From contig JAVVVD010000001.1 in NCBI GenBank assembly GCA_036652795.1, positions 159,363-223,362 of the forward strand: a DNA stretch of 64,000 nt, read 5' to 3'. Origin of the DNA: Clostridia bacterium (lineage in GTDB: Bacteria; Bacillota; Clostridia; Christensenellales; CAG-138). The notes beneath the pieces were generated by a model. The model saw nothing but the letters and a program-made list of their open reading frames with translations, did no database searches and had not been told where the DNA came from. Position 1 is the stretch's first letter, and every line of letters begins with the position of its first letter. Shown here one piece after another: positions 1 to 11,952 of the stretch. The position numbers and the translations under genes were made by a program.

Positions 1-1490
<1,490 letters not shown>

Positions 1491-1555
1491 TTGATGTTGA
1501 CAAATAAAACACTAACAGATAGAATATTTAAGGTCGACTTCTGGGAGTATGCGTT

Positions 1556-2065
1556 ATGATTATCAAAGTTGCCGCCGAGCTGAAACAGCCGGGCAAGATA
1601 GGGATGCTGCATTTTGTATGCGAGCGTGAGCCTATGGAATATCTGGGGCGGATGGTAAGCTTTGCCGCACCTGTGATGCTGGATGCGAAATATGCGTATG
1701 ACGGCGATGGTTTTAACGTCACTGGTTCATTCTCCACAGTCCTCAACTCGGTGTGCACAAAATGCAATGCAGAGTTTAAGGAACCATTTACTTTTGATTT
1801 TTCAGAGCGGTATGAAAGAATTGCGGCGACAGAGGATTCAGATTGTTATGGTTATACAGGAGATGAAATCGACATCGATCAAATGATTCTGGACAATCTT
1901 CTGCAAAATATTCCTATGTATAGCGTTTGCAGCGAGGATTGCAAAGGATTATGCCCTATTTGTGGGTGCGATCTGAATAATGCACAGTGCTCATGCGCGC
2001 AGGATGCAACGGTGAACCCGTTTCTTGTGCTCACGAAGCTGTTGGATGATGATAAGGAGGTGTAA
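1556..2065 (+). CDS. yceD: YceD/DUF177 family protein (large-subunit ribosome accumulation protein)
   Basis: 169 aa with a C-terminal Cys cluster ([17 protein letters not shown]). It sits in the conserved position immediately upstream of rpmF. Confidence 0.8.
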   Translation: MIIKVAAELKQPGKIGMLHFVCEREPMEYLGRMVSFAAPVMLDAKYAYDGDGFNVTGSFSTVLNSVCTKCNAEFKEPFTFDFSERYERIAATEDSDCYGYTGDEIDIDQMILDNLLQNIPMYSVCSEDCKGLCPICGCDLNNAQCSCAQDATVNPFLVLTKLLDDDKEV

Positions 2066-2067
2066 TC

Positions 2068-2271
2068 ATGGCGGTCCCAAAGAGAAAAACATCTAAGGCA
2101 AGGCGCGATTCTCGCAGGTCGAGCACATGGAAGCTTGCGCTTCCTGGTATCGTGGAGTGCCCGCAGTGCCACGAGCCTAAGCTGGCTCACAGGGTATGTA
2201 AGAAGTGCGGATTTTACGACGGCAAGCAGGTCGTTAAAATTGACGACAAAACAAAGAAGGCCGAGGCCTGA
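2068..2271 (+). CDS. rpmF: 50S ribosomal protein L32
   Basis: [18 protein letters not shown]-terminus and a CPQC...CKKCG zinc ribbon. Confidence 0.9.
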   Translation: MAVPKRKTSKARRDSRRSSTWKLALPGIVECPQCHEPKLAHRVCKKCGFYDGKQVVKIDDKTKKAEA

Positions 2272-2374
2272 GTTATCTGCTTTTGAGCTTGAGGGCTCTC
2301 CAAATGGAGGGTCCTTTTGTCGATTCCTGCGTTTTATACTAAGCCGCCAGGAATGAATGAAACGGGGGGAAATT

Positions 2375-3382
2375 ATGAAAATAGTTATAGACGTGTTTGG
2401 CGGAGATAATGCGCCATGTGCGGTGATAGACGGCTGCGCAATGGCGCTGGATATGCATGATGACTTTTCGCTTATACTCAGTGGAGATGAAGCTAAAATC
2501 AATGCAGAACTAAAAAAGCATAAACTTGGTATGTCGCGCTTGAGTATATTACACGCGCCGGATATAATAAGCTGTAATGAAATACCCACAATGGCAATAA
2601 AAAAGAAAAAAGAATCGTCGCTTGTTAAGGCGCTTGAAGCGGTTAAATCTGGCGAGGCTAACTGCATTGTATCTGCGGGAAGCACGGGTGCATTGCTTGC
2701 GGGTGCAACACTTATAGTGCGGCGTATACCTGGCGTTAAGCGTCCTGCGATTGCGCCGCTGTTACCGACGCGTACAGGCTGCATAATGATTATTGATTGT
2801 GGGGCAAACGCAGACTGCAAGCCATCGTATCTACAGCAATTTGCGGTGATGGCTGATGCATATATGAGAGATGTGATGCACATTGAAAATCCACGCATAG
2901 CGTTGCTGAATAATGGTGCGGAAGCAGAAAAAGGCAACGAACTCACAAAGGCCGCTCATGCGTTGCTTATAGATACTCCAGTGAACTTTGTTGGCAACTG
3001 CGAGGCAAGAGATATACTCTCTGGAGATTATGACGTGTTGGTGTGCGATGGCTTTGTGGGGAATGTAGTACTCAAATATACAGAGGGAATGGCGCAGACA
3101 CTTCTGGATATGCTAAAGCAGGAGCTGATGAGTGAAATGCGCACAAAGATTGGCGCGGCACTGGCTAAACCGGCGTTTAAGAGATTTAAAAAAAAGCTGG
3201 ATTATACCGAGTATGGAGGAGCGCCGCTGCTTGGTATAAACGGAGGAGTTATAAAAGCGCATGGCAGCTCAGATGCACGGGCATTCTGCGCGGCAATAAA
3301 TCAGGCACGCAGCTTTATATTGGGTAATGTAACGGATGTTATAACCGCTGGAATTGCAAGACTGCCAGACGTTGAGGATTGA
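2375..3382 (+). CDS. plsX: phosphate acyltransferase PlsX
   Basis: MKIVIDVFGGDNAP start preceded by a GGGGGG RBS (the ORF track begins at 2357). Conserved SAGSTGAL and DGFVGNVVLK motifs. Confidence 0.9.
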   Translation: MKIVIDVFGGDNAPCAVIDGCAMALDMHDDFSLILSGDEAKINAELKKHKLGMSRLSILHAPDIISCNEIPTMAIKKKKESSLVKALEAVKSGEANCIVSAGSTGALLAGATLIVRRIPGVKRPAIAPLLPTRTGCIMIIDCGANADCKPSYLQQFAVMADAYMRDVMHIENPRIALLNNGAEAEKGNELTKAAHALLIDTPVNFVGNCEARDILSGDYDVLVCDGFVGNVVLKYTEGMAQTLLDMLKQELMSEMRTKIGAALAKPAFKRFKKKLDYTEYGGAPLLGINGGVIKAHGSSDARAFCAAINQARSFILGNVTDVITAGIARLPDVED

Positions 3383-3451
3383 CATAATGCGTTAATACAG
3401 CTAAACTATCAACAGCGGTATTATAACATTTATAAACCCACATGGTGAATT

Positions 3452-3694
3452 ATGAAAGGCGGTGTAAGTGTGGAATTTGAAAAATTACGTACTGCAATAT
3501 CGAATCAGCTTGATATCCCCGAGGAGAGCATAACGATAGAATCACTTCTTATCGAGGACCTTAAGGCAGATTCTTTGGATGTAGTAGAGCTTATCATGGA
3601 TCTTGAACATGAATATGGTGTCGAGATACCTGATGACCAGCTACCGAAGATCCGTACCGTTGGCGATATACTCGGTTTCATAAACAAGGGTTAA
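3452..3694 (+). CDS. acpP: acyl carrier protein
   Basis: About 75-80 aa with the phosphopantetheine site DLKADSLDVVELIMDLE. The start is uncertain (ATG 3452 or GTG 3470). Confidence 0.85.
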   Translation: MKGGVSVEFEKLRTAISNQLDIPEESITIESLLIEDLKADSLDVVELIMDLEHEYGVEIPDDQLPKIRTVGDILGFINKG

Positions 3695-3708
3695 TTGATT
3701 TATGAAGC

Positions 3709-3740
3709 AAATACCCGCATCTATATGGATGCGGGTATTT
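3709..3740 (+). terminator. hairpin terminator after acpP
   Basis: AAATACCCGCATC / GATGCGGGTATTT perfect 13-bp stem (3709-3721 and 3728-3740) followed by a T-rich tail. Confidence 0.7.
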
Positions 3741-3758
3741 GAAATTTGAGGTGCATAT

Positions 3759-4466
3759 ATGGATACAAACCGCGCAAACATATTGCGTGCCTTGCAGAAT
3801 AGGCTGCAATACGTATTCTCCAACATTGACATACTGGACAGGGCGCTGACGCACACATCATACGTAAAGGGTGATGGCAAGGCAAAGGAACACAACGAAA
3901 GACTTGAGTTCCTTGGCGATGCTGTGTTGGAACTTTGTGTAAGCGAATATCTGTACCAGAATTATCCGACAATGGATGAGGGAGCAATGACGCGTGCGCG
4001 CTCAAGCGCAGTATGTGAATCTGCCTTATATCAAGCTGCAACTGAATTGTCGCTGGGTGAAACGCTGCTGCTTGGCCGCGGAGAATCCCATGCGGGCGGC
4101 GGACGCAGACCAAGTATATTGGCGGATGCGCTTGAGGCGGTACTTGGCGCAGTGTTTATTGATGGCGGAATGGACAATGTGCGTGCGCTGATAGCACGGC
4201 TGACAGAAGATGCGATAAGCGCAGCCGTAAGCAGCGTAAATATAAAGGATTATAAAACAATGCTTCAGGAATTTGTTCAGAAGGAGCATTTGGGCAGGGT
4301 GGTATATGTGCTAAAGGATGAGAGCGGCCCCGATCATAAAAAAGTATTCGTTATGCAGGCCAAACTTGCTCATCAGACGCTTGGCGAGGGGATAGGCGCA
4401 TCCAAACAGGAAGCAAGCCAGTTCGCCGCAAGGAAGGCGCTTCAAAGATTGAGCGTGATATCCTAG
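3759..4466 (+). CDS. rnc: ribonuclease III
   Basis: RNase III signature ERLEFLGDAVLEL plus a C-terminal dsRBD (GPDHKKVF...GASKQEASQFAARKAL). Confidence 0.92.
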   Translation: MDTNRANILRALQNRLQYVFSNIDILDRALTHTSYVKGDGKAKEHNERLEFLGDAVLELCVSEYLYQNYPTMDEGAMTRARSSAVCESALYQAATELSLGETLLLGRGESHAGGGRRPSILADALEAVLGAVFIDGGMDNVRALIARLTEDAISAAVSSVNIKDYKTMLQEFVQKEHLGRVVYVLKDESGPDHKKVFVMQAKLAHQTLGEGIGASKQEASQFAARKALQRLSVIS

Positions 4467-4553
4467 AGATAATATAATAAATAGCGTTAAACTCGCGTTG
4501 AACGTTAAATAAATTAATCATAATATATTTTTTAGAAGGCGTGGTAAAAAGCA

Positions 4554-7500
4554 TTGCTGTTGACGAAACTGGAAATGAACGGGTTCAAATCTTTCGCCAA
4601 AAAAACAGAGATAGATTTTAAAAACGGTGTAACTGCAGTTGTAGGGCCAAACGGCAGCGGAAAGAGCAACATTGCGGATGCTGTGCGCTGGGTGCTTGGT
4701 GAGCAGAGCGCACGTGTTTTGCGCGGTTCCAAGATGGAGGATGTGATATTCAACGGTACTGAGCAGCGTAAGCCGCAGTCGTTTTGCGAGGTATCGCTTA
4801 CGTTCGACAATACAGATGGAAAGCTGCCTATAGATTATTCTGAGGTCAGCGTTACGCGCCGTGTATACAGGTCGGGAGAGAGCGAATACTATATCAACCG
4901 CGGCGCATGCAGACTTAAGGATATACATGAACTGTTTCGCGATACCGGCATAGGCCGAGAGGGCTACTCCATAATTGGACAGGGCAAGGTTGAAGAAATA
5001 CTTTCAAATAAATCTAACGACAGACGTGCTGCCTTTGAGGAGGCTGCCGGTGTTATGAGATATCGTGTGCGCAAGGAGGAAGCGGAGCGTAAGCTTGATA
5101 ATACGCGTAAAAACCTTGTGCGCCTTAACGACATCCTTGAAGAATTGGAAAAACAGGTTGGTCCTCTTGAGGAACAGAGCGCAACAGCGCGTGAATACCT
5201 TAAGCTGCGCGATGAGCTGCGCGAGATAGAGGTTAATGTATTCTTGTATCAATATGAAAAGCTCAATGATAGAATAACAAGCCTTGATGACGCTATGAAG
5301 CAGATGGATGAAGTGATGCATTCAAGTGCTGCAACTGAAACGGCACTAAGCGCGGAATGCTCATTTGAGGAAGAAAATGAACGCGCATTGAGCGCGACAA
5401 TAAGCAATTTGCAAAATAAACTGCTTACGCTATCCTCGGGCGTGGAATCCAGCAGTGGTGAAGCTAAAGTAGTACAGGAGCGCATAACAAACCTTATAAA
5501 GGAACGTGAGCGCCTACAGGAACAGATAACGGATAATACAAAGCGTTATGATTTGCTTAGAGGTGAGATGGATTCATCTACAAGTATCACAGACGAAAAC
5601 AGGAAGCACTTCACGCAGAGTGAAGCGGAACTGCATGAGGCAGAGATAGAACTTTATGACTGCGAACAGCAGATTAATGCGCTGGACGAGCTGCTGGAAC
5701 AACAGAAAAGCAGCGTGATTGAGGCAATGAACCGCCTTTCGGATGCTAGAAGCCGCATTTCACGCTTTGAGGCGATAAAGGACACGCTGCATGAACGTTC
5801 TGGAGTGCTGGATGAAGATGAAACGGATATAAAACGCGAGGGAGAAAAGCTTTCCACCGAATACGCAGAGGTTGGAACGCATCTTGCTGCTATCCAGGCG
5901 GAATATGCTGCTGCAATGCAAAGACGCGCGGATGCGATAAACAGGCAGAATGAACTGAATGCGGGCCTTATCGAGATTCAGAAAGAGGTACGCCAGATGG
6001 AACAATCTGCTGAAGCGGGGCGTTCACGCATAAAGGTGCTGGACGAGATGAAGCGCGCTCACGAGGGCTATTACTCAAGTGTGCGCAATGTGCTGCGTGA
6101 TGCGGAACGTGATGTGGAACTGAAAAAACGTATAGAGGGCGTTGTTGGCGAGCTTATTCGTGTGCCAAAAGAATATGAAACAGCGATTGAAATGGCGCTG
6201 GGGTCAGCGTTGCAAAACATAGTTGCGCAAAATGATATTGATGCAAAATATGTTATAGAGCATTTGAGACGGCACGAATACGGCAGAGCAACACTTTTAC
6301 CGGTATCCAGTATGCGCTCGCGGCTGTTAAACGAGCAGGAGCGAGGCTTTTGCCGCGTGGACGGATTTATAGGCGTGGCGAGCGATCTTGTGTCATATGA
6401 TGCAAGGTATAAAGGAATATTCGAAAACATGCTTGGCCGCACAGTAATTGTGCGCGATCTTGATGCAGGTATAGCGATAAACAGGCAGGCGCACTCACAG
6501 TTTCGTATAGCTACGCTCAAGGGGGATATAATCAACCCTGGTGGATCAATGACGGGTGGTAGTGTACAAAAACGCGAGTTTAGCATCGTTGGGCGTGAAC
6601 GTGAAATAGGTGAACTTACTCAACAGATAAGGGCGCTGTCATTAAGCCTTGAACAAAAATGCAAACAGGCTGAAAAACTCAAGGCGCAGCTTGATGAAGC
6701 GGGTATAAGTGTAAACGAACTGAGTGAAGCTGTGCATACGCAGGATATAGCGCTTGCAACACAACGCGAAAAGGCGGATATAGTTAAAAAATACGTTGAG
6801 CAAAATATGGCGGAGCTTGAGCGTGTGGAACTGGAACGCAGTCAGATAAAGGATAATCTACAGAACATTGATGAACAGTGCTGCGAGGCTACTGCGGATC
6901 AAACAAGTATAGTTCAGAGTAACGTGATTACTCAGGATGATATAAGGCACACTCAGGAACTGATAAATAATAAGCGCACAGAGCATTCAGGCGTCAACGA
7001 AGTGGTTACGGTAAAAAAGGTTGCACTGATGGCACTGGAAAAAGAATATACTGCCGCGCAAAATGAGACAAGGCGCATGGAGCGCGAAGCTGAATTGATG
7101 CGATTGGCAATAGAGCGAGACAAAAAAACAATAGATGGTTTTTCTGTGCAATTTACGGCTATGCAGCAGCAGATTGGTTCGCTGGGCAGCAACATAGACG
7201 TAGGCAGAAAGGACATAGACCAGCTGACAGATCAACTGCACACCATGGAAGAAGAGAGAGCAAAACACCAACTGGCGTTGGATGATGCCAGAGAACGTAG
7301 GGAACAGACAAATATAGAACTTAATGACACACGAGAACGCCGCCATAAGGCGGAGCTTAACTACAGCAAGGCTCAGATGGAGCTTGCGGCGATGCAGGAT
7401 CGTATCTGGAGCGACTATGAGCTGACATATGAAAATGCCTTGCCACTGCGCCGCGAGATAGCCATAACCGCCTCACACATACGTGCGGGCGAACTAAAGA

Positions 7501-8117
7501 GCGCGATAAAGGATCTGGGTAATGTTAACGTAAGCTCAATAGAGGACTATAAGATAGTTAAGGAGCGCTTTGAGTCGCTTGGAATGCAATGCGATGATCT
7601 TACAAAGGCAGAGTCGGATCTTCAGGAGCTTATTGGCGAGCTTGTTGCCACGATGGAACAGGAGTTTAAAAAGCAATTTGAGTTGATACAGCAAAATTTC
7701 TCCGTTGTTTTTTCAGAGCTTTTCGGTGGCGGCAGAGCAGAGCTTGTGCTTGCGGACAGCAATGATATTCTCAATTGCGATATAGATATAATAGCGCAGC
7801 CGCCTGGCAAAAAGCTACAGCTATTATCATTGCTTTCGGGTGGAGAACGTGCACTTACCGCCATAGCGCTGCTGTTTGCCATATTAAAGCTTAAGCCCAC
7901 GGCGTTTTGCATACTGGATGAAATAGAATCTTCGCTGGACGAGGCTAACGTGACTAACTTTGCGGGGTATGTCAAAAATTATTCCGATGATACGCAGTTT
8001 ATCCTGATCACACACCGCAAGGGCAGCATGGAGGTATGTGATTCGCTTTACGGAATAACAATGGAAGAAAGAGGCGTCTCCAAGGTGGTTTCCGCACACT
8101 TTAACGACGTGGCATGA
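4554..8117 (+). CDS. smc: chromosome segregation protein SMC
   Basis: 1187 aa. Walker A GPNGSGKSN, long coiled-coil arms, a hinge region, signature LSGGE and Walker B ILDEIESSLD. TTG start. Confidence 0.96.
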   Translation: MLLTKLEMNGFKSFAKKTEIDFKNGVTAVVGPNGSGKSNIADAVRWVLGEQSARVLRGSKMEDVIFNGTEQRKPQSFCEVSLTFDNTDGKLPIDYSEVSVTRRVYRSGESEYYINRGACRLKDIHELFRDTGIGREGYSIIGQGKVEEILSNKSNDRRAAFEEAAGVMRYRVRKEEAERKLDNTRKNLVRLNDILEELEKQVGPLEEQSATAREYLKLRDELREIEVNVFLYQYEKLNDRITSLDDAMKQMDEVMHSSAATETALSAECSFEEENERALSATISNLQNKLLTLSSGVESSSGEAKVVQERITNLIKERERLQEQITDNTKRYDLLRGEMDSSTSITDENRKHFTQSEAELHEAEIELYDCEQQINALDELLEQQKSSVIEAMNRLSDARSRISRFEAIKDTLHERSGVLDEDETDIKREGEKLSTEYAEVGTHLAAIQAEYAAAMQRRADAINRQNELNAGLIEIQKEVRQMEQSAEAGRSRIKVLDEMKRAHEGYYSSVRNVLRDAERDVELKKRIEGVVGELIRVPKEYETAIEMALGSALQNIVAQNDIDAKYVIEHLRRHEYGRATLLPVSSMRSRLLNEQERGFCRVDGFIGVASDLVSYDARYKGIFENMLGRTVIVRDLDAGIAINRQAHSQFRIATLKGDIINPGGSMTGGSVQKREFSIVGREREIGELTQQIRALSLSLEQKCKQAEKLKAQLDEAGISVNELSEAVHTQDIALATQREKADIVKKYVEQNMAELERVELERSQIKDNLQNIDEQCCEATADQTSIVQSNVITQDDIRHTQELINNKRTEHSGVNEVVTVKKVALMALEKEYTAAQNETRRMEREAELMRLAIERDKKTIDGFSVQFTAMQQQIGSLGSNIDVGRKDIDQLTDQLHTMEEERAKHQLALDDARERREQTNIELNDTRERRHKAELNYSKAQMELAAMQDRIWSDYELTYENALPLRREIAITASHIRAGELKSAIKDLGNVNVSSIEDYKIVKERFESLGMQCDDLTKAESDLQELIGELVATMEQEFKKQFELIQQNFSVVFSELFGGGRAELVLADSNDILNCDIDIIAQPPGKKLQLLSLLSGGERALTAIALLFAILKLKPTAFCILDEIESSLDEANVTNFAGYVKNYSDDTQFILITHRKGSMEVCDSLYGITMEERGVSKVVSAHFNDVA

Positions 8118-8129
8118 GGGCATGATTAC

Positions 8130-9035
8130 ATGGAACAAAAATTAAATCTATTTAAAAAGCTTAAAAATGGGCTGGAAAAAACACGCAATGGGTTATTTGC
8201 AGGCCTATTTGGCAGCGATAATCGTATTGATGCGGCATTCTATGATGAGCTTGAAGAAGCGCTGATAACCGCTGATGTAGGGCTTGCCACAGCAGATAAA
8301 CTGCTTGCGAGGCTGCGTGATGAACTCGAACAAAACAAACTGCATACGAGAAGCGAGGCGCGTGACGTATTGCGCGGTATACTTGCCGATATGATGCGTC
8401 AGGACGATATATTCCTTTGTGGTGCTGATAAGGCGGTGCTGCTTATAGTTGGCGTGAACGGAGTAGGTAAAACGACCTCTGTAGGTAAGCTTGCGAGCTG
8501 GTTTGCAGCAAACGGCAGACGACCAATGCTGGCTGCCGCGGACACATTTCGTGCTGCTGCCGCAGAACAGCTGACTGTGTGGGCGAAGCGTGCTGATGTA
8601 CCGATTATTAAGCACAACGAAGGTGCGGACCCCGCTGCGGTTGTGTTTGACGCCATTGCATCATTTAAGGCAAAAGGACTTGATGTGCTGTTATGCGATA
8701 CTGCTGGGCGACTGCATAATAAAAAGAATCTAATGAATGAGCTTGAGAAAATCCGCCGCGTAATAGATCGTGAGCTACCAGAATGCAGCGTTGAGGTGCT
8801 ACTGGTACTTGACGCTACGACGGGTCAAAACGCCATTGCACAAGCTAAAGCATTTGGCGAATCTACAGGTCTTACGGGGATAATATTGACAAAGCTTGAT
8901 GGAACAGCTAAGGGCGGTGTGGCTGTTGCAATAAGAGAGGAATTGAACCTGCCAGTACGCTTCGTAGGAGTTGGCGAGGGCATAGATGATTTGCAGCCGT
9001 TCGATGCGCAAGCTTATGCGGCGGCACTACTATAA
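8130..9035 (+). CDS. ftsY: signal recognition particle receptor FtsY
   Basis: SRP GTPase motifs GVNGVGKTT, DTAGR and TKLDGTAKGG. Confidence 0.93.
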   Translation: MEQKLNLFKKLKNGLEKTRNGLFAGLFGSDNRIDAAFYDELEEALITADVGLATADKLLARLRDELEQNKLHTRSEARDVLRGILADMMRQDDIFLCGADKAVLLIVGVNGVGKTTSVGKLASWFAANGRRPMLAAADTFRAAAAEQLTVWAKRADVPIIKHNEGADPAAVVFDAIASFKAKGLDVLLCDTAGRLHNKKNLMNELEKIRRVIDRELPECSVEVLLVLDATTGQNAIAQAKAFGESTGLTGIILTKLDGTAKGGVAVAIREELNLPVRFVGVGEGIDDLQPFDAQAYAAALL

Positions 9036-9069
9036 TGGGCAGTATAATCAACATAATATATATAGCACA

Positions 9070-9100
9070 ATTAAGGATGGCGGATTGCCGTCCTTAATTT
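9070..9100 (+). terminator. hairpin terminator after ftsY
   Basis: ATTAAGGATGGC ... GCCGTCCTTAAT stem with one wobble pair, followed by TTT. Confidence 0.6.
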
Positions 9101-9130
9101 GAATTGAAGCTGATGCACCAAGAAAAATGC

Positions 9131-9158
9131 TTGACTTGTGGGCGAAAACAGGTATAAT
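9131..9158 (+). promoter_or_regulatory. sigma-A type promoter for ylxM-ffh
   Basis: TTGACT (9131-9136), a 16-nt spacer, then TATAAT (9153-9158). It lies inside the N-terminal extension of ORF 9138, which argues for the 9198 start. Confidence 0.6.
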
Positions 9159-9197
9159 AGCAATGGTGTAAAGCGTTTTTACTTTACAGGAGGGCAT

Positions 9198-9542
9198 ATG
9201 CCAGATCATATAGAGCTGGGCTATCTGCTGGATAGCTATGGAGAACTCCTTACGGAGCGCCAGCGTATGTTGATTGAGCAATCCGCGTATGAGGATCTAT
9301 CGCTTTCTGAGATAGCGGAACGCGAGGGCATCTCACGGCAAGGCGTAAGAGATTCGCTGATGCGATCCGAAGCGCAATTGCTGGATATAGAAGCTAAGAT
9401 TGGAATGATACGCCGCAATATGCAGCTCATGGAAGGCATAGCGAGAATGGATGCGATGCTTGATGAGATGGAAATTGCGGAACAAATAAAGATGAAACTC
9501 AAAAACGAACTAAATGCGCTGCGTGAAGCGGTGGAAGGCTGA
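9198..9542 (+). CDS. ylxM: YlxM/UPF0122 putative DNA-binding protein
   Basis: MPDHIELGYLLDSYGELLTERQRMLIE... with a sigma-70 region-4-like HTH. RBS GGAGGG upstream. Conserved position before ffh. Confidence 0.8.
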   Translation: MPDHIELGYLLDSYGELLTERQRMLIEQSAYEDLSLSEIAEREGISRQGVRDSLMRSEAQLLDIEAKIGMIRRNMQLMEGIARMDAMLDEMEIAEQIKMKLKNELNALREAVEG

Positions 9543-9545
9543 TAT

Positions 9546-10880
9546 ATGGCATTTGAAGGGCTTACTTCAAAACTACAAAATGTATTTAAAAAGCTGACTG
9601 GGCGCGGCAAGCTTAACGATAAAGATGTTAGGGAAGCTATGCGCGAGGTTAAGCTTGCCCTGCTTGAAGCGGATGTGAGCTTCACCGTTGTAAAGGGTTT
9701 CATCAACTCAGTTACTGAGCGCGCTGTGGGTAGCGAAGTGCTTGAAAGCCTTACGCCGGGTCAGCAGGTAATAAAAATAGTCAACGAAGAGATGACAAAA
9801 CTTATGGGTGGAAGTGCCGCAAAGATCGAATTTGGATCAAAAACGCCTTCCGTTATACTGCTTGCGGGCTTGCAGGGCGCAGGAAAAACAACCATGTCCG
9901 CTAAGATTGCAGCATATTTAAAAAAACAATACGGTAAATCACCGCTTCTGGTGGCATGTGATATATATAGACCTGCTGCAATTGAACAGCTACGCGTTGT
10001 AGGCGAAAGAGCAGGTGTACCGGTATTTGAGCGCGGTCAGAGCGATCCGGTAGAAACGGCAAAGCTTGCCATAGAGTATGCAAAAAAGAATCTGCTTGAT
10101 CTTGTTATAATCGATACTGCGGGCAGACTGCACATAGACGATGCCATGATGGATGAAATAGCCGCAGTAAAGAGTGCATGCAATCCGGCTGAGATACTGC
10201 TTGTGGTGGACGCAATGACCGGTCAGGATGCGGTAAATGCTGCAAACTCATTTAACGATAAGCTGGCATTAACCGGCGTAATCATTACCAAGCTGGATGG
10301 CGATACAAGGGGCGGCGCAGCGCTTTCTGTAAAGGCGGTAACTGGTAAACCGATTAAATTTTCCGGTACTGGTGAGAAGCTCGCCGATATAGAGCCGTTC
10401 CATCCCGATAGGATGGCGCAGCGCATACTGGGCATGGGCGATATGCTCACATTGATAGAGAAAGCACAGGCTTCATTTGACGAAAAAAAGGCTGTTGAAC
10501 TTACTGAAAAGCTGCGCAACGATGAATTTACACTGGATGATTTTGCAGATCAGTTCGAGCAGATGAAAAGCATGGGCTCAATGCAGGATATACTCTCTAT
10601 GGTACCGGGCATGGATGCATCAAAAATGGGCAACGTTGAGATAGATGAGAAACAGACCGCCCGCATGATGGCAATAATCCGCTCTATGACAAAAGATGAG
10701 AAACGTAGGCCGGAAATATTAAATGCCAGTCGTAGAAAACGCATTGCGCGCGGAAGCGGTACGGCGATACAGGACGTGAACAGACTGCTCAACCAATATG
10801 AGAGCACACGTAAATTGATGAAGCAATTTACCAGTGGAAAGGGTAAAAAGCGGCGGGGCGGATTCCCGTTTGGACTGTGA
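9546..10880 (+). CDS. ffh: signal recognition particle protein Ffh
   Basis: [14 protein letters not shown] and [14 protein letters not shown] motifs plus a Met-rich M domain. Confidence 0.96.
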   Translation: MAFEGLTSKLQNVFKKLTGRGKLNDKDVREAMREVKLALLEADVSFTVVKGFINSVTERAVGSEVLESLTPGQQVIKIVNEEMTKLMGGSAAKIEFGSKTPSVILLAGLQGAGKTTMSAKIAAYLKKQYGKSPLLVACDIYRPAAIEQLRVVGERAGVPVFERGQSDPVETAKLAIEYAKKNLLDLVIIDTAGRLHIDDAMMDEIAAVKSACNPAEILLVVDAMTGQDAVNAANSFNDKLALTGVIITKLDGDTRGGAALSVKAVTGKPIKFSGTGEKLADIEPFHPDRMAQRILGMGDMLTLIEKAQASFDEKKAVELTEKLRNDEFTLDDFADQFEQMKSMGSMQDILSMVPGMDASKMGNVEIDEKQTARMMAIIRSMTKDEKRRPEILNASRRKRIARGSGTAIQDVNRLLNQYESTRKLMKQFTSGKGKKRRGGFPFGL

Positions 10881-10935
10881 CGATTGCGTTAAAACGTTAT
10901 CGATAAATCAAAAATCATTTAACTGGAGGAAAAAT

Positions 10936-11178
10936 ATGCTTAAGATCAGACTTCGCAGAATGGGCGCAAAGAAAGCCCCCTTTTACCGCATAGTGGTTGC
11001 GGATTCACGTGCTCCACGCAATGGCGCCTTTGTAGAAGAAATAGGGTATTACAACCCCACCACCCATCCCTCAGAGCTTAACGTAAATAACGAGAAGGCG
11101 CTCAACTGGATTAAGAATGGCGCACAGCCAACGGATACCGTGCGTGCGTTGCTTAAAAAATCCGGTGCTATCCAGTGA
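10936..11178 (+). CDS. rpsP: 30S ribosomal protein S16
   Basis: [33 protein letters not shown] upstream of ATG 10936 (the ORF track start 10834 overlaps ffh). Confidence 0.92.
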   Translation: MLKIRLRRMGAKKAPFYRIVVADSRAPRNGAFVEEIGYYNPTTHPSELNVNNEKALNWIKNGAQPTDTVRALLKKSGAIQ

Positions 11179-11207
11179 ACGAGCCAGATAGTGGCGGGAG
11201 GTACACC

Positions 11208-11435
11208 ATGGGAGAGTTGGTCAGATTTATCGCTATGAATCTTGTGGATAACCCAGATGAGGTCAAGGTAAGCGAAAAACAAGGCGACCATTCCACGATA
11301 ATCGAGCTGTCTGTGGCTCCCCAGGATATGGGTAAGGTCATAGGCAAGCAGGGTCGTATCGCAAAAGCCATACGCACCGTGGTGAAGGCCGCTTCAGTCA
11401 AAGAAAACAAGAAATATATTGTAGAGATAATATAA
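11208..11435 (+). CDS. ylqC: KH-domain RNA-binding protein (YlqC/KhpA-like)
   Basis: About 75 aa with a KH GxxG motif (VIGKQGRIAKAIRTV). Conserved position between rpsP and rimM. Confidence 0.85.
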   Translation: MGELVRFIAMNLVDNPDEVKVSEKQGDHSTIIELSVAPQDMGKVIGKQGRIAKAIRTVVKAASVKENKKYIVEII

Positions 11436-11436
11436 G

Positions 11437-11952
11437 ATGCAATATCTGAGAGTAGGCCTCATATTGCGCTCGCATGGTGTGCATGGTGCAGTCAAACTGA
11501 TATCATTATCAAGCGATAATGATCGCTTTCTTGATCTCAAAGAGGCGTATATTGAGCGTAATGGCAGTTATGAGCCTGTTACGGTATCTGACGTTAGCGT
11601 ACAGACAGATACCGTGCTTCTTCACTTATCATGTGCAACGGATCGTGATGACGCAGATAAGTTGCGTAACCATTATCTGTGCGTGGACAGGGATCATGCT
11701 GTAAAACTTCCGGAGGGAAGATATTTTGTGACTGACCTTATAGGTTGCGAAGTGTTTTCAACAGATGGCAAACGGCTAGGAAAGCTTACAGATGTGATTG
11801 AAACTGGCTCTGCTGATGTGTATGAGGTAAAGGGCGAGAAAAACCTTATGGTTCCAGCGCTAAAAAAGTTGCTTACAACCGTGGACGTGATAAATAAGCG
11901 CATAGAACTGGATAAGGATGTGCTGGAGGAGGTCGGACTGTTTGAGGATTGA
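11437..11952 (+). CDS. rimM: 16S rRNA processing protein RimM
   Basis: 171 aa with GVHGAVK near the N-terminus and a PRC-barrel C-terminus. Lies between the KH gene and trmD. Confidence 0.88.
   Translation: MQYLRVGLILRSHGVHGAVKLISLSSDNDRFLDLKEAYIERNGSYEPVTVSDVSVQTDTVLLHLSCATDRDDADKLRNHYLCVDRDHAVKLPEGRYFVTDLIGCEVFSTDGKRLGKLTDVIETGSADVYEVKGEKNLMVPALKKLLTTVDVINKRIELDKDVLEEVGLFED

Noticed and set aside
1879-2946. Long antisense ORFs opposite well-supported genes. Examples are 1879-2946(-) 355 aa, 32663-33298(-), 33408-34385(-) 325 aa, 36595-37362(-) 255 aa, 37676-38461(+) 261 aa and 54606-55004(-).
   Set aside because: Each lies entirely within, and antisense to, a gene with clear conserved motifs (plsX, trxB, glmM, the ABC ATPase, glyQS, the coat gene). 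Their translations are low-complexity (Ser/Ala/Ile-rich) and have no RBS. They are shadow ORFs.
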